This document shows, piece after piece, positions 48,900 to 62,699 of a stretch of 64,000 bases of DNA. The stretch's first letter is position 1, and each line of letters starts with the position of its first letter. A model generated the notes under the pieces. That model was not told the origin of the DNA. It searched no databases and saw only the letters and a program-made list of their open reading frames with translations. The position numbers and the translations under genes were made by a program. Source of the stretch: Chiloscyllium plagiosum (Eukaryota); NCBI RefSeq assembly GCF_004010195.1, contig NC_057718.1, forward strand, positions 15,307,407 through 15,371,406. Reading direction: 5' to 3'.

Positions 48900-49197
48900 A
48901 GAATTACAGAATCTCTACAGTTTGGAAACAGACAGTTTGGCTCATTGAGTCTGCACTGACCCTTCAAAGAGCATTCCACAACACACACCTCCCAACCTCT
49001 CTCTCTACATTTCCCTATGTCGAATCTTCCTGACTTCCACATTCCTGGATACTGTAGGCAATTTAGCTTGGCCAACCTGAACATCTCTTGGACTGTGGGA
49101 GGAACCGCGTGCAGAAGGTTGCCCAAGGCTTGAATAGAACACAGGTCTCTGGTACTGTGAGGCAGCAGTGTTAAACACTGAGCAACTGTGCCGCCCA
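48900..49197 (-). mobile_element. Diverged HE1-like SINE
   Basis: Reverse complement of the gggcggcacagttgctcagtgtttaacactgctgcctcacag head. Confidence 0.75.
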
Positions 49198-50306
49198 GTA
49201 TATGCACCAGCATTTTTGATTTCTTAACCAGAGAGCCTAGTTTTGAGATTCAAGTGTGAATATTCTCTGAAGCATGTTATGAATGACCTTTCTCTGTCAC
49301 AAACGTCAGGGTGCTCCCACTGCCCAGCCTTCTGACTTGTGGCCTTATCCTGTGCTGCCATGTTGCCTGCAGTCTGCACAAAGAAACCCTACCCATAAGG
49401 CAACAGACTGCCTGCTATAGCCACCACATAGTCATGCACACACAAACCATCCAGTCACATTGCAGCTGTTGCCAAACTGCATTGCTCCAAGAAGCTGCAC
49501 AGTCCATCACTACTGGAGATAAAGCACCTTGACATGAGACCTCCAACCACCTACATATGCACATACCTCTCGTTGGCCATAACGGAGTTGACGACCCCCG
49601 CCACTGCTTTCTGTAATAACAACTGGAGTAGCAAGGGCCCCACAGCTGGCAGGACAGTGCAGGCATTCAGGGGATCAAGAAACTCAATCTGGACCAACAT
49701 GGCTCAAACTCCATCCTCAACAAGACCCTGGATGCACACCATGTGCTACAAAAACCCCTTGTTCCCAGCCAGCATCGTGTGAGGGTAGGAGAAACCACTA
49801 AGTACAGCCTCGTGATACCCAGAATGGCCAAGGCTCTATAGTCGGTAAAGAGGAACAGTCATGTTGAGTTATGGTCCTTACACCCCTGAGGTGGCAGCAG
49901 GCATCAAGAAAGGGTGCTGTGAATCCCCAAAAGGACGCTGTCACACAGACAGCCTTAGCTGGTAGCCCAAGGTCCAATGAGCAAAGGCTCCGCAGCATAG
50001 ACCCTATGCTCCAACACCCAGTGCTCTACTCTTGGAGGGTCTGCAATTGAAAGTCCTAAAAGGATGTTACATTTAAAAATATAATAGAAAACTGTATTTT
50101 ATTTTAAATTGTTTCATATTCAGTATAGGAATTTAGCCATTTAAAGTATTGTATTCCAACCTAGAGGGTATGGATACAATTTCAAAATATTTTTCTGATT
50201 GGTAAGGCCTCATGGAACCTAACTGTAGTTTTAACATTAAATGCTTCATTTCAAAATGATTGTCACAGTTTTCAGGAAAACAAACACAACTTTAATTCAG
50301 GGCAGT

Positions 50307-50862
50307 GTCGAGAGTGTGGTGCTGGAAAAGCACAGCAGGTCAGGGAGCATCCGAGGAGTAGGAGAGTCGACATTTCAGTGTCAGGAATGAGGTTTGTGGG
50401 CCGGGGTCTGAGAAATAAATGGGAGGGGGGTGTGGGGTTGGAGAGGAAGGTAGCTGGAATGCGTCAGGTAGATGAAGGTAGGGGAGAAGGTGATAGGTCA
50501 GAGAGGAGGGTGGAGCGGATAGATGGGAAAGACGATGGACAGGTCAAGAGGATGGTGCTGAGTTGGAGGCTTGAGACTAGGATAATGGGAGGGAGGGAAA
50601 TGAGGAAACTAGTGAAATCTAAATTGATCCTGTGCGGTTGCAGGGTCCCAATGTGGAATATAGGGCGTTCTTCCTCGAGGTGTCGGGTGGTGAGGGTTTG
50701 GCGATGGAGAAGGCCCAGGACCTGCATGTCCTTAGCGGAGTGGGAGGTGGAATTAAGTGTTCAGCCACGGGGCGGTGGCATTGGTTGGTTGGTTGGTGCA
50801 GATGTCCCAGAGATGTTCTCTGAAACGATCAGCAAGTTGGCGTCCTGTCTCCCTGATGTAGG
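50307..50862 (-). mobile_element. PLE family A 3' fragment
   Basis: MQVLGLLHRQTLTTRHLEEERPIFHIGTLQPHRIN on the - strand, plus the terminal repeat. Confidence 0.85.
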
Positions 50863-51275
50863 GGAGTCCCCTTCCCATGTCCCCAAAATTATTAAAACGA
50901 GATTGAGGAAATCAGTAGGCCACACAGTGGGGAAGAAAGTTTAACATGGTACAGCTTGAACATAAACATAGAGCGAGTCACTTATATACACTTGTGTGAC
51001 AGTGCTCACTGGTAACCTTGAAGAAAGCTGCCAACAAAGATCCTAGTGAGCTCTGTGACACCTGTTTTGTCTTTTCCGATGTTTAATTTTATTCTCAAGC
51101 CAGCTGTGGAGGACCTCTGATATTGTCAACAGACATGCCAACAACCAGTTGAAGAGCACAATCGTACAGACAGCTAACCAGTTAGTAAGGAGCAAGTCTT
51201 ATCATTTGCTTTTTATAGTATGCAGTAATGGAAACAAAAATTGAGATGTACTGGTGAGATACCGTACCGTACCGT

Positions 51276-51588
51276 GGGCGGCACGGTGGCACAGTGGTTA
51301 GCACTGCTGCCTCGCAGCGCCAGAGACCCGGGTTCAATTCCCGCCTCAGGCGACTGACTGTGTGGAGTTTGCACGTTCTCCCCGTGTCTGCGTGGGTTTC
51401 CTCCGGGTGCTCCGGTTTCCTCCCACAGTCCAAAGATGTGCAGGTTAGGTGAATTGGCCATGCTAAATTGTCCGTAGTGTTAGGTAAGGGGTAAATGTAG
51501 GGGTAGGGGTAGGGGTGGGTTACGCTTCGGCGGGTCGGTGTGGACTTGTTGGGCCGAAGGGCCTGTTTCCTCACTGTAAAGTAATCTA
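51276..51588 (+). mobile_element. Full-length, CpG-rich (young) HE1-like V-SINE
   Basis: A box TGGCACAGTGG, B box GGTTCAATTCC, V-core and CR1-type tail; near-identical to 15716-16027. Confidence 0.92.
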
Positions 51589-52419
51589 AAAGTAAAATCA
51601 GAAATATTTTCTTCAGACTTTGATATAAAATCTATGGAATTGTCACTGTTTGTGAATGTCAAATTTCTCCAACACAAAATTAATTCTTTGGATTTAAAAA
51701 AAATGTTAATGATAATAGCAATTTAATATGCTGTTTGAAAACTCGGTTGTACCTCACACAACAAAAAGCATAACATTTTTGGAGGATTTTACAGTGAGAT
51801 GTGGATCCTAAAAAGTGGAAGTTCATGTCAGTTTTATGATTGTAATTGATTTCCCTCTGAAGATTTTAATACGCCCCGTGGAGGGGGAGATGATTGCTGA
51901 TACCCAAGCCTGGTTTCAGTGTTCAGTTGTGCACAGCACTGTCAGAAGTTGCTATCAATTTTACAGGATAATACCACTGAAAGCTGATTGTCTCATTGAT
52001 TTTAGAACCAGAAAGTCTAGAATATGTGCTTGATATTGTGCTAGTTAAAACTATTCAATGTATTTAAACAGATAAATGAATACTGATATGGTGTTATAAT
52101 TCCTTTTGAAATTATGTTGATTGTTGAACCTCTGCTGTAATAAATCCAATTACCTTTTGAAGCCTAATGATTAGGTTTTCATTTGAATTTTCAGTAATGT
52201 TTGCAGAGTCACAATTCTATACATGAGATTAAACAAGTTGGTCTTAATTAAAAGTAAGTTGCTTTATGAAGTAAAGGTGCACTTAACACACAATTGATCA
52301 AGTGAAGTTAGTGGCAACTGCTTGTTCCTTTTCCCTCTGCTATTTTAATGAAGGCATGATGAACTTAAGCTAATGCAGCCATTAAAATAATGGACCAAGG
52401 AGTGCCTTTGTGAAGTGAT

Positions 52420-54794
52420 CAATAATTGTTACTGCTCCCAAATTTTATTCTTCATTTGAAGATTGCATTTTGTGGGAATTGTACCCTAAAGTAACTGAAT
52501 TTGTCCCCCCATGGCATTTATTAATGTTAGTTTTGCATTATTTGCAAAGTATAGGTTTGAGATATTTTCAATGCAGCTACAAACTTAATCTTTATATTGA
52601 AAATCTCATTTGAATACTTTGTCAGAAGTTGATTTTCCTTCTACTTTCTAGTTTCTACTGCAGATTATGTTGCCAGGTCTCTTAAACATACTGCTTTTGA
52701 AAGCAATGATTTTCTAAACAGTGTAACAGTTTTACTTGAATGGAATGAGAAAGGAATACTTTATTTGGTGCAAACTATTCCAAGGTTTTAGATATGATTT
52801 GGAGATGCCGGTGTTGGACTGGGGTGTACAAAGTTAAAAATCACACAAAACCAGGTTATAGTCCAACAGGTTTAATTGGAAGCACACTAGCTCTCGGAGC
52901 GACGCTCCTTCATCAGGTGATTGTGGAGGGCTCGATCGTAACACAGAATTTATAGCAAAAATTTGCAATGTGNNNNNNNNNNNNNNNNNNNNNNNNNNNN
53001 NNNNNNNNNNNNNNNNNNNNNNNNNNNNNNNNNNNNNNNNNNNNNNNNNNNNNNNNNNNNNNNNNNNNNNNNNNNNNNNNNNNNNNNNNNNNNNNNNNNN
53101 NNNNNNNNNNNNNNNNNNNNNNNNNNNNNNNNNNNNNNNNNNNNNNNNNNNNNNNNNNNNNNNNNNNNNNNNNNNNNNNNNNNNNNNNNNNNNNNNNNNN
53201 NNNNNNNNNNNNNNNNNNNNNNNNNNNNNNNNNNNNNNNNNNNNNNNNNNNNNNNNNNNNNNNNNNNNNNNNNNNNNNNNNNNNNNNNNNNNNNNNNNNN
53301 NNNNNNNNNNNNNNNNNNNNNNNNNNNNNNNNNNNNNNNNNNNNNNNNNNNNNNNNNNNNNNNNNNNNNNNNNNNNNNNNNNNNNNNNNNNNNNNNNNNN
53401 NNNNNNNNNNNNNNNNNNNNNNNNNNNNNNNNNNNNNNNNNNNNNNNNNNNNNNNNNNNNNNNNNNNNNNNNNNNNNNNNNNNNNNNNNNNNNNNNNNNN
53501 NNNNNNNNNNNNNNNNNNNNNNNNNNNNNNNNNNNNNNNNNNNNNNNNNNNNNNNNNNNNNNNNNNNNNNNNNNNNNNNNNNNNNNNNNNNNNNNNNNNN
53601 NNNNNNNNNNNNNNNNNNNNNNNNNNNNNNNNNNNNNNNNNNNNNNNNNNNNNNNNNNNNNNNNNNNNNNNNNNNNNNNNNNNNNNNNNNNNNNNNNNNN
53701 NNNNNNNNNNNNNNNNNNNNNNNNNNNNNNNNNNNNNNNNNNNNNNNNNNNNNNNNNNNNNNNNNNNNNNNNNNNNNNNNNNNNNNNNNNNNNNNNNNNN
53801 NNNNNNNNNNNNNNNNNNNNNNNNNNNNNNNNNNNNNNNNNNNNNNNNNNNNNNNNNNNNNNNNNNNNNNNNNNNNNNNNNNNNNNNNNNNNNNNNNNNN
53901 NNNNNNNNNNNNNNNNNNNNNNATTGCACTTTGCTCAAAAACTACATACATTCATGTAGAACTCTGAGCTCAGAAACTGCATGAATTTATGTAAAACTCT
54001 GTTATCTCACTTTTTAGATTGGAGTCAATCTAAACATCAGGTTATAGACAGAGAACACAGGGGGCTAACACCTTCAACATATTGTCTCGCTATCACCATT
54101 GTTAACAGCTAACCCGAGAATGCAACTTTAAAAAAAGGGTTTTGTGATTTACACATGAAAGAAGTGAAACTATCACTGTATTCTAACAGATGAAAGGCTT
54201 AACAGACAATCAATTCTTTAATGTATAATTTCAGTTATATCACACTGCAAATTTTTGCTATAAATTCTGTGTTACGATCGAGCCCTCCACAATCACCTGA
54301 TGGAGTGTCGCTCCGAAAGCTAGTGTGCTTCCAATTAAACCTGTTGGAATATAACCTGGTGTTGTGTGATTTTTAAGGTTTTAGATGAGTGGTAGTTTGT
54401 GTCACAATCACAATAAAACTTGAGAATAAGAGAAAGTCTTATGTGCATCTATTCCAATAACTATAAATATTTGTAATAACTAAAGGTCTTTTGTCCATCA
54501 AGCTTACTCCATTGAGAGCATATGTATGATTACTCTAACAGGGACGTTCTTTCCACTGTCAACTGATTGACTGACTGCTTTAACTGCTTGTTAGAAGCAT
54601 CAGGGCTACGAGGAGATGGAAAGGTCTCATTCACTTGTTAACAACCAATAATTGTTTCTGCTCCCAAGTTTTATTCTTCATTTGAAGATTGCATTTTGTA
54701 GGAATCATACCCTAAAGTAACTGAATTTGTCCGCTCATGGCAGTTATTAATTAGTTTTGCATTCTTTGCAAAGTGTAGGTTTATGAAATATTTT
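52420..54794 (+). repeat. Dispersed direct repeat of about 150 bp (52420-52569 and 54646-54794)
   Basis: caataattgtt.ctgctcccaa.ttttattcttcatttgaagattgcattttgt.ggaat..taccctaaagtaactgaatttgtcc... is present twice, roughly 90% identical by eye. Confidence 0.9.
52794..54374. mobile_element. Young PLE family C insertion with inverted terminal repeats; N gap 52973-53922
   Basis: 12-bp TSD AAGGTTTTAGAT at 52782-52793 and 54375-54386. The left and right ends are reverse complements. Confidence 0.88.
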
Positions 54795-55671
54795 GCTGAG
54801 GTTTGCTAAGGTCTGCAAAATCTGTTTTTCACTGGGCCATCTTGGGACCTGTTTCATTAAATTTGTCAAGCTTATTTCACGGTTGCTGTTCACTGCATGA
54901 GAGAAAGGCACTTTGAGAAACCTAGTTTTAAAAGAACTTTTTAAAAAAAAAATTATCTCCACACATCAAAAAAACTAGCAGAACTGTTAATATCTATAAT
55001 GCACTGCAACTACTTAATCAACTTTGGCAGAGACTTTGGAATTTATATATTTTATTGGCACTTATAATTCTTTACATATCAAAGGCATACCCAACTCTCT
55101 TTATGGTAAGCTTGCTTGTCTTTGTAAGATAATTGATTGCAAAATGAATACCTGTGCTTTTGGATAATCTTTGAGAGGAAATAAAAGCAGATCCAAATCT
55201 TTGATAGAGAAATAGAAATTATAGTACCACAGCATATAAGGTGGAACTTACCTGTTTCCACCACCCACGATCTCGGCTGATTCCTTTGAGACTGTGGCAA
55301 TACAAGTTCAACAGCTGGAGCATGACTTGTTGGGTGTAACGTTTTCCGTAAGCCATCAGCTGTATTGTAAAATTTAATTACAACCATTTTCTTTCATCAG
55401 TTCATAATCTCCACTCCTTTAATGCATTGTTTCTGTTCCCTGTGGTGCATTTGAACCTCTGTTATTAAATGAAAGAGCTATATTTCTATCGCACCTTTTG
55501 AGTTCAAAGCATATCCCATTTTCTTTTCAGCCTTTTAGTTAGACAACTTTGAAATTAACTTTTGATTTTAAGGCAAACATGACAACAAACTTATACTGAA
55601 TGATGAGATAAATGGGTTTTAACGTCCTTTGCCCATTAAAAAAGGCTGTATGCAACTTGGAAGATGTGACA

Positions 55672-56155
55672 AGGATGTTATGAAACTTGAAAGGGTTCAG
55701 AAAGATTTACAATGATGTTGCCACGGTTGGAGGGTTTGAGCTTTGGGAAGAGGCTGAATAGGCTGGGACTGTTTTCCCGGGAGCTTCAGAGGCTGTAGAG
55801 TGACCTCATAGAGCTTTGGAAAATCATGAGTGGCATGGATAGGGTGAATAGAAAAGGTTTTTTCCCAGAGGAGGGGGGAAGCCCAGAACGAGAGGGCATG
55901 GGTTTAGGGTGAGAGAGGAAAGATTTTAAAAGAACCTAAGGGGTAACTTTCGTGCAGAGGGTGGTGTGTGTATGGAATGAGCTGCCAGAGAAATTGGTGG
56001 ACGCTGTTACAATTACAACATTTAAAAGGATATATGTATAGGAAGGGTTTAGAGGGATATGGCTGGCAAGTTGGACCAGATTAGGTTAGGATGTCTGGTC
56101 GGCATGGATGATTTGGACTGAAGGCTCTGTTTCCATGTTGTACATCTCTGACTCT
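55672..56155 (+). mobile_element. CR1-clade LINE 3' fragment
   Basis: aaggatgttatgaaacttgaaagggttcagaaag...ctgtttccatgttgtacatctctgactct. Confidence 0.85.
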
Positions 56156-56464
56156 GATTTACTACAATAAAGAATATGTATTTTCAAATTGTTATTCCTT
56201 TCATCATAACCTCAATAATGCACAGAGATGTTAACCAGCATGAAGTATTCAAGTCCTGGGTTGGGGCTTGATCCAGATGTATACGTTAGACTTGAAAGTG
56301 CTTCTGTTGATCCAAACCTGCACTAGTTTTTAAGAGTAAGAATTAGTCAATGTAGGGATTGTTATCTTGAGTATGAAGCATTGGATGGTTATTCCTATGT
56401 TTTGCAGGATTCAGTTTTCCTGTTGTGCCATTGATTGTTTGAGTTCTTTTTAGCTCTCTTATTT

Positions 56465-58420
56465 ATTTTATTCACTCGTGGGACGTAGTTGTCACTGGCT
56501 GCACTTGAGAAGGACTGAACCACTACAGTCTATGTGCTATAGGTCGGTGCTCAGTGCTGTTGAGGGAATTCCAAGATTTTGATGTGGTCTTACATTTCCA
56601 AGTTTGGATGGTGAATGGCTTGGAGGAGAGCTTGCAGGTGGTGATGTTCCCATATATCTACTGCTCTTGTCTTTCCACTTGGATGCGGTTGTCTTGCTGC
56701 AATTCTTATCTTCTTACCTGCCTTTGTAGCCACTATTTGTATGGCTAGTCCAGTTCAATTTCTGGTTAATGCTAATCTCCAGGATGTTGATTATGGGGGA
56801 TTCAGTGATGGGAACTCTATTAAATATCAAAGAGTGGTTAGATTACCTCTTTTTAGAGATGCACTTTACCTGGCATTTGTGTGGCATGAGTATTATTTGT
56901 GATTTGTCAGCCCAAGCCTGGATGTTGTCTAGATCTTGCTGCACCTGGACATGGACTGCTTCAGTGTGTGAAGAGTTGCAAATTGTGCAGTCATCGGCGA
57001 ATGTCTGCATTTCTGATCTTATGGAGAGAAGGTTATTGAAGCAGCTGAAGATGGCTGGGCCTTGAGCATAACTCTGAGGAACCTGTGCAGTGATGTCCAG
57101 GAGCTGAGATGACTGACCTCTGACAGCTAGAACCATCCTCCTATATGTCAGGTATGACTGTAATCAGCAGAGTGTTTATCCATTGATTCCAGTTTTGCTA
57201 GGGCTCCTTAATGCCACGTTAGGACAAATGCAGCCTTGATGTCAAAGGCTGTCATTCATCTCATTCCTGGAAATTGGGTCTTTTGTCCATATTTGAACCA
57301 AGACTGTAATGAAGTCAGGAGGTGAGTGGCCTTGGCGGAACCTAAACTGGGTGTCACTGGGCAAATTATTGCTGTGCAGGTGTTGCTTGATAGCTCTGCT
57401 CATGACACCTTCCATCATTTTATAATGATCAAGTGTAGACTGATGAGGTGGTAATTGGTCGGGTTGGATTTGGCCTGGTGTTCAAGTCATAGCTGGGCAA
57501 TTTTGTACATTGCCAGGAAGATGTCAGTGTTGCAGCCAAGATGCTGGAACACCTCTGCTATCCATAGGACAAATTCTGGAGCTCACATCTTCAGTACAAT
57601 TGCCGGAGTGATTTTAGGGCTATTAGAATTTGCGGTATCTGGTGTCTCCAGCCACTATGTGACATCACTTGGAGTGATTCAAATTGGTTCAAGACTGATG
57701 TCTGTGATGCTGAGGACCTGTGGAGGAGACCAAGATGGATCATTCAGTTGGCAGTTCTGGCTGATTGTTGCAAATGCTTCAACCTTACGTTTCGAACTGA
57801 TGTTCTGGGTTCCCCAACATTGAGGATTGGGATACTGTTGGAGCCGCTGCCTCCAGTGAGTTGTTGAAATTGTCCACCACCATTCACAACCAGACCTGGC
57901 AAGACTGCAGAGCTTAGGTCTGATCCGTTTATTATGGGATTGCTGAGCTCTGTCTGTCACTTGCTATTTATGCTATTTGGCATGCAAATAGCACTGTTTT
58001 GTAGCTTCACCAGGTTGCAACCTAATTTTTAGGAATTCTTGGTGCTCCTGCTGGTATGCTCTACTGCACTCTTCATTGAAGCAGGGTTGGTACCTTGGCT
58101 TGATGGTCATTGTAGAGTGGGGAGATTTTTTTGAGATTTTGTAGCTGCTGATGCATCCATGAGGTGCTGTGGGCCCAGTCTTGAGTTGCTAGATCTGTTC
58201 AAAGTCTATCCCATTTAGCACGGTGATAGTGCCATACGACACGATGTACACTATTCTCCATGTGAAGGTGGGACTTTGTCTCCTCAAGGATTGTTTGGTG
58301 ATCACTCTTACACCTTCCTGTGGTGACATCAGTATCTCCAGCAGGCAGGTTGTTGAGGATGAGGTCAAGTATGTTATTTCTTATTGGTTCCTTCACCACC
58401 TGGTCCAGCAGTAATGTGTG
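56465..58420 (-). mobile_element. Long degenerate CR1-clade LINE (second family): RT and endonuclease remnants; continues at about 59500-59880
   Basis: GPAIFSCFNNL..RSEMQTFADDCT, NNILDLILNNLP...KSDH and RVVWHYHRAKWDRL. Confidence 0.85.
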
Positions 58421-58442
58421 ATGCTGCTGCTCCTTGAGCCAG

Positions 58443-59046
58443 GTTATGTTGTCCTTGGCTGTGTTTTTCAGAGAGTTTGTAAAAGACAGTGGTTTTGAAA
58501 AATCTGGATTTCGATGGGTTTTCGGGTCAATTTCATTACATCTACCAGACAGTGCCTCAGTCAAAAGGCTTTCACGTTATTAGAAAAAAATCACTTGTAC
58601 AATGCAAGTGAAGTGGCTAGTTCTTCCAACTCAGTTTTTCTTTGGTCTGGCTATTCATTGAAAGCTGTCAGGCAGTTGTAAAAGCTGCTTGACCCAAAGA
58701 AGTGGTCAATGCTGATCCTCCTCTCTGAGTTCTCTCCTGTAAAAACCTGTTTGATTTTTGTGCTAAAGGATGTTTATGGGGTTTGTTACAAGTATTGGGA
58801 ACAGCATCATTTAAGTTGGGATGATCTGTTGAACTTTCAGATAGTTATTTGGCATTCTGTTCTCTTTTTTGTTTGTGTTTTGTTTGGTAATGTTTTAAAC
58901 AAAACAATTTATTTACAACTACATGGTTTGACCAGCAACATCTCTCATGCAATATCTGCTTTACACCTGCTTAAAACAACTAGCAAAGTTAGGGTCTGGG
59001 CCACTTTCTTGAAATGTTTTGAGGGCGTCTGGCCTGGTCCATATCA
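58443..59046 (+). mobile_element. LTR-like element related to 1276-1872
   Basis: The 3' end ...aaagttagggtctgggccactttcttgaaatgttttgagggcgtctggcctggtccatatca parallels about 1810-1872. The 5' boundary is uncertain. Confidence 0.55.
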
Positions 59047-62000
59047 AATGTTCTTTAGGGCTTGACTAGCATGCTACTATCAAACCATTCTTAAAATGGC
59101 GACCCTCATCTCGCTAACCCAGTCTTTGCACCTGCATCTGAAGGTCACTTATGGCCAGTGATGTCTTATCTAGTCTAGTTATTTCTATGCTATAAAGGGA
59201 GCATTGTCTGCTAATCTCTATTGAAAGAGTGTGGTTAGTGAATTGCGCAGCTATAGCAGAATTAAAAGCCATTTTATGCAGCTTTTAGCAGATTGTCAAT
59301 TTGCAACCAAGAAGCCATTTTATTGCCATCTAAGTTAGTCAGAACATCTGTTATGCGGTTGTTCCTGACAACAACTAGTTACCTCAGCCTGTATTCAGGT
59401 TTCAGATCCTCAGCTGGACCACATGTTACATTGTATCTTATTGAGAACATGGTGCTGTCCCTGCTAGCTTTTAACTCTCTTAAAGGTACAGTACACCAAC
59501 AACTCATAACAGTCCATCACTGAAGGGAGTGATAGTATGCATGTGGTTTCCTTGCCCATGTTTGACCTGATGCCATATGACTCAATGTTGAGGACTCCCA
59601 AGGTGACTCCCTCCCAATCATATATACTGTGCTGCCCCCTGTGCTGGGCCTGCCTGCCAGTGGGCCAGGACACATCAGGTGATGGTAGTATCTGAGACTT
59701 TACAAGGTATGTTTCAGTGAATATAAGTGGTTCAGGCTGTTGCTTGACTAGTCTGTGAGACAGCTCCTAATTTTGGCACAGACTCCGTGATGTTCTTAAG
59801 GAGGCCTCAAATGGTCAACGGTGTTGTTTTTGCCATTGTCATTTCTGGTACCGAGGTCAACTCCAGGTGGTGTATCTGTTTTCCTTTTTTTTTCCTTTTT
59901 CAGGTCAATTAAGAGTCAATCATGTTGCCGTGGGTCTGGAATAATGTCTAAGCCAGATCCAGTAGGATGGTAGTTTCTCTAACAAGAGGACATTAGTGAG
60001 CCAGACGGAATTTTCCAACAGTCGACAAAAGCTTCAGGGTCATCATTAGATTCTTGATTCCAAACTTCTTATTGAATTAAAATTCTACCATCTGCCATGA
60101 TAGAATTTGAACCAGGTCACCAGAATGCCATCCAGGTCTTTGGATTAAGAATCTAGTGATAATTTCTCCTGAGTGGTATTCGTGTGAAGTGTAGCGTATG
60201 CAGTAGTGAAGATACATATTTAAATCAAAGTCTCCTAATTTTGGGAGAATAGTAACATTTGGGTGACTCCATGAAGTTGTCTTAAACACAGTTGGTGATT
60301 AGGACGTTAGAGATCAAAAATTGCAGGTGCATTTTAAATTTACTGTAGCTTGAGAGACAATTTTGCATTTTCTGGGAGTGTGGATAACGTGTTGGGTTCT
60401 AGGGATCAATTCAAAGGAAAATATAGGGCCAATTTTATTTGATTCCCTGATACTTTGCATTTTTATACACTACTCTGATTTTAAACCCAACACACAAAAT
60501 ATTCAGTTTGGCTAGTGTAAAGCATCTTAAACAATTTTCAATGGGCTAATATTAACATGCAATGTTATGCAGTTGTCAGATCATACTTGTTGTTTTATCT
60601 TTGTGCAAAAATGCCAATGCGATAAACCCAAAATACTAGGCTGCCTTCTTACCCTTTCTATAAATGTTCTTGTTCCAGTCCAGAGTTAGCAAGAGTGAAC
60701 TGATTTCTTTCCCTGTCTCACTCCTCTATTTGCCACAATAAAATTTGAATTTATAAATGGAAGCAATATTTCCAGTTTCTTTAGCATGTATTAGATGGAT
60801 CTGGCTCAATACCTGAAAGACGTCAGTCAGGTCCCTAAATTCAGAAAAAGAAATCTGAGATTCTCCCAAATGCTGTTTTACAGATGAAGTAACTTTCCAT
60901 ATCATCAGAGAGAACTTTCATGACATTGGGATTTCTGGTTAAATGGGCTCCTAAAGAATGGAGGCTTGACTGTCAATCATGACAGTTTATGGAATATTCT
61001 CTTCACATTCAGCTGACTCCAGCAATTTGGCATTATCCTCCATCCTATCCATGATGAGAAGCTAACCATGATCCAATCTCTATGAACACTGGGCTGAAAC
61101 AAACTGTGAGATCCATTCCACATTCCTCATTGCAAGGCTGGACCTTGCTTCCAGCAAATAACTCTGGGGTGGAAATAATTGAACAATGAAGTAGGAAAAT
61201 GTTCAACTGACACCGCCTCCAATCCAAAACTGAAAGTATTTCATTTTTGATCACTGAGTGACAGTGTTTGTGAGAAATTGAGCCTTTCCTCTAAACATCT
61301 AAACTCCTTACAGTCCATTTTTTCCCATATGTTGGAAACCTTGCCTTGATGAATACGGTAGATCTGCAATAGTCTAATTGAGACAAAGCATGTTTCAGAA
61401 CCAGAGACATAAATTATGAAAAGTTATGAAAACAATGATGCAGTGTTCTGAAATGATTTTGGAGACTTAGGTAACCAACTACAGGTGCCTCAAAATGGAA
61501 AAATCTGGAGCCCAAGTAACTGTACATGTTTTAAGAATGAAATTGATTTCTCAAGACGAAAAGTGTCAAGTGGATTGGGGAGAGTATGATATTGAGATAG
61601 AGGATTAGCCGTGATCACGTTGTATGACAGATAGGCTTGATAAGCAGCAATGGCCTTTTCCTTCTCCTATTTTCTATTTCTATCCCTGAACAGCTGAAAT
61701 GCATCAGGTGTTTCTCAAAACGTCCCTGAAGAGATCAAACCTGTCCATTGACCCTGGGAGTCCCTGGCTTGTGACTGACGCTGTGGCGAAAGTTAATTTG
61801 AGAAAGCAATGAATATGCTGAGTGACTTCAGAAATGCCGAAGTATGAGGTTGAGGACTTGCATCTTTTGATTCTGGTAACTATAAAGGCTTGTGGTGTAT
61901 CTTCAAATATTTGTCCCCAGAAATGTACTGCCATTCCACCTGATCTGTGGTGATGTGCAAGCTGCCAACTTCACTGATGGATCTATCACCAACCCTGCCT

Positions 62001-62144
62001 GAGTGAAGACCATTGGAGGTCTCAAAGCACTTTGCAGCCACCAAAGAACTTGCAAAATGTCACTGTTGTAGTGCAGGTTCTGAGTAATAATTATTTTTAT
62101 TCAGTCATAGGATGTAGGCGTTGATGAATAGGCCAGCATTTATT

Positions 62145-62273
62145 TTTCTGAAGAAGGGCTTATGCCCGAAACGTCGATTCTCCTGTTCCCTGGATGCTGC
62201 CTGACCTGCTGCGCTTTTCCAGCAACACATTTCCAGCTCTGATCTCCAGCATCTGCAGACCTCACTTTCTCCT
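62145..62273 (+). mobile_element. Short PLE family A terminal-repeat insertion with an intact hammerhead core and an 11-bp TSD
   Basis: CAGCATTTATT at 62134-62144 and 62274-62284. CTGAAGA-A-GGGC-TTAT-GCCC-GAAAC-GTC at 62148-62175. Confidence 0.9.
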
Positions 62274-62699
62274 CAGCATTTATTGCCCATCTAAAATGTA
62301 ATTGAGAATATGGTTTACCTCCATGCTTATTCTCTGCACTTGAGTGCAAACATTAATGCTTATCATAATTCTGGTGACAAATTGTTATTTTTTAAAAATT
62401 CAGTGTTTTTTTTAAAATGTCGTGGTGATAATGTCATAGCTATGCCATAATGAAACAGAAAATTGAACTTTCCCATTTACAGATCATATTTTGTGTGTGA
62501 GACTCATGACACCCAGTCTGCCATGGCTTGGAGCAACTTTTCTCATGCAATCTTGCACTGTTCACCCTCTCTAGTTAGACAACTGGGTTCTTGGGTGCAA
62601 TCTCTGGGATCTGACCAGCTGCATGGCTGGAAACGCTTAACCTACCTCTGGAATTTTCTGGCTTGCATGCCTCTACCACCCGTTTTTGAAAAACTCAGG

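Noticed and set aside
49270..50030. GC-richer block with several short ORFs
   Set aside because: Probably a decayed repeat, but I could not recognise any motif, splice structure or termini.
51276..51350. tRNA gene
   Set aside because: A and B boxes are present but run directly into the SINE core and LINE-derived tail, so this is a tRNA-derived SINE head.
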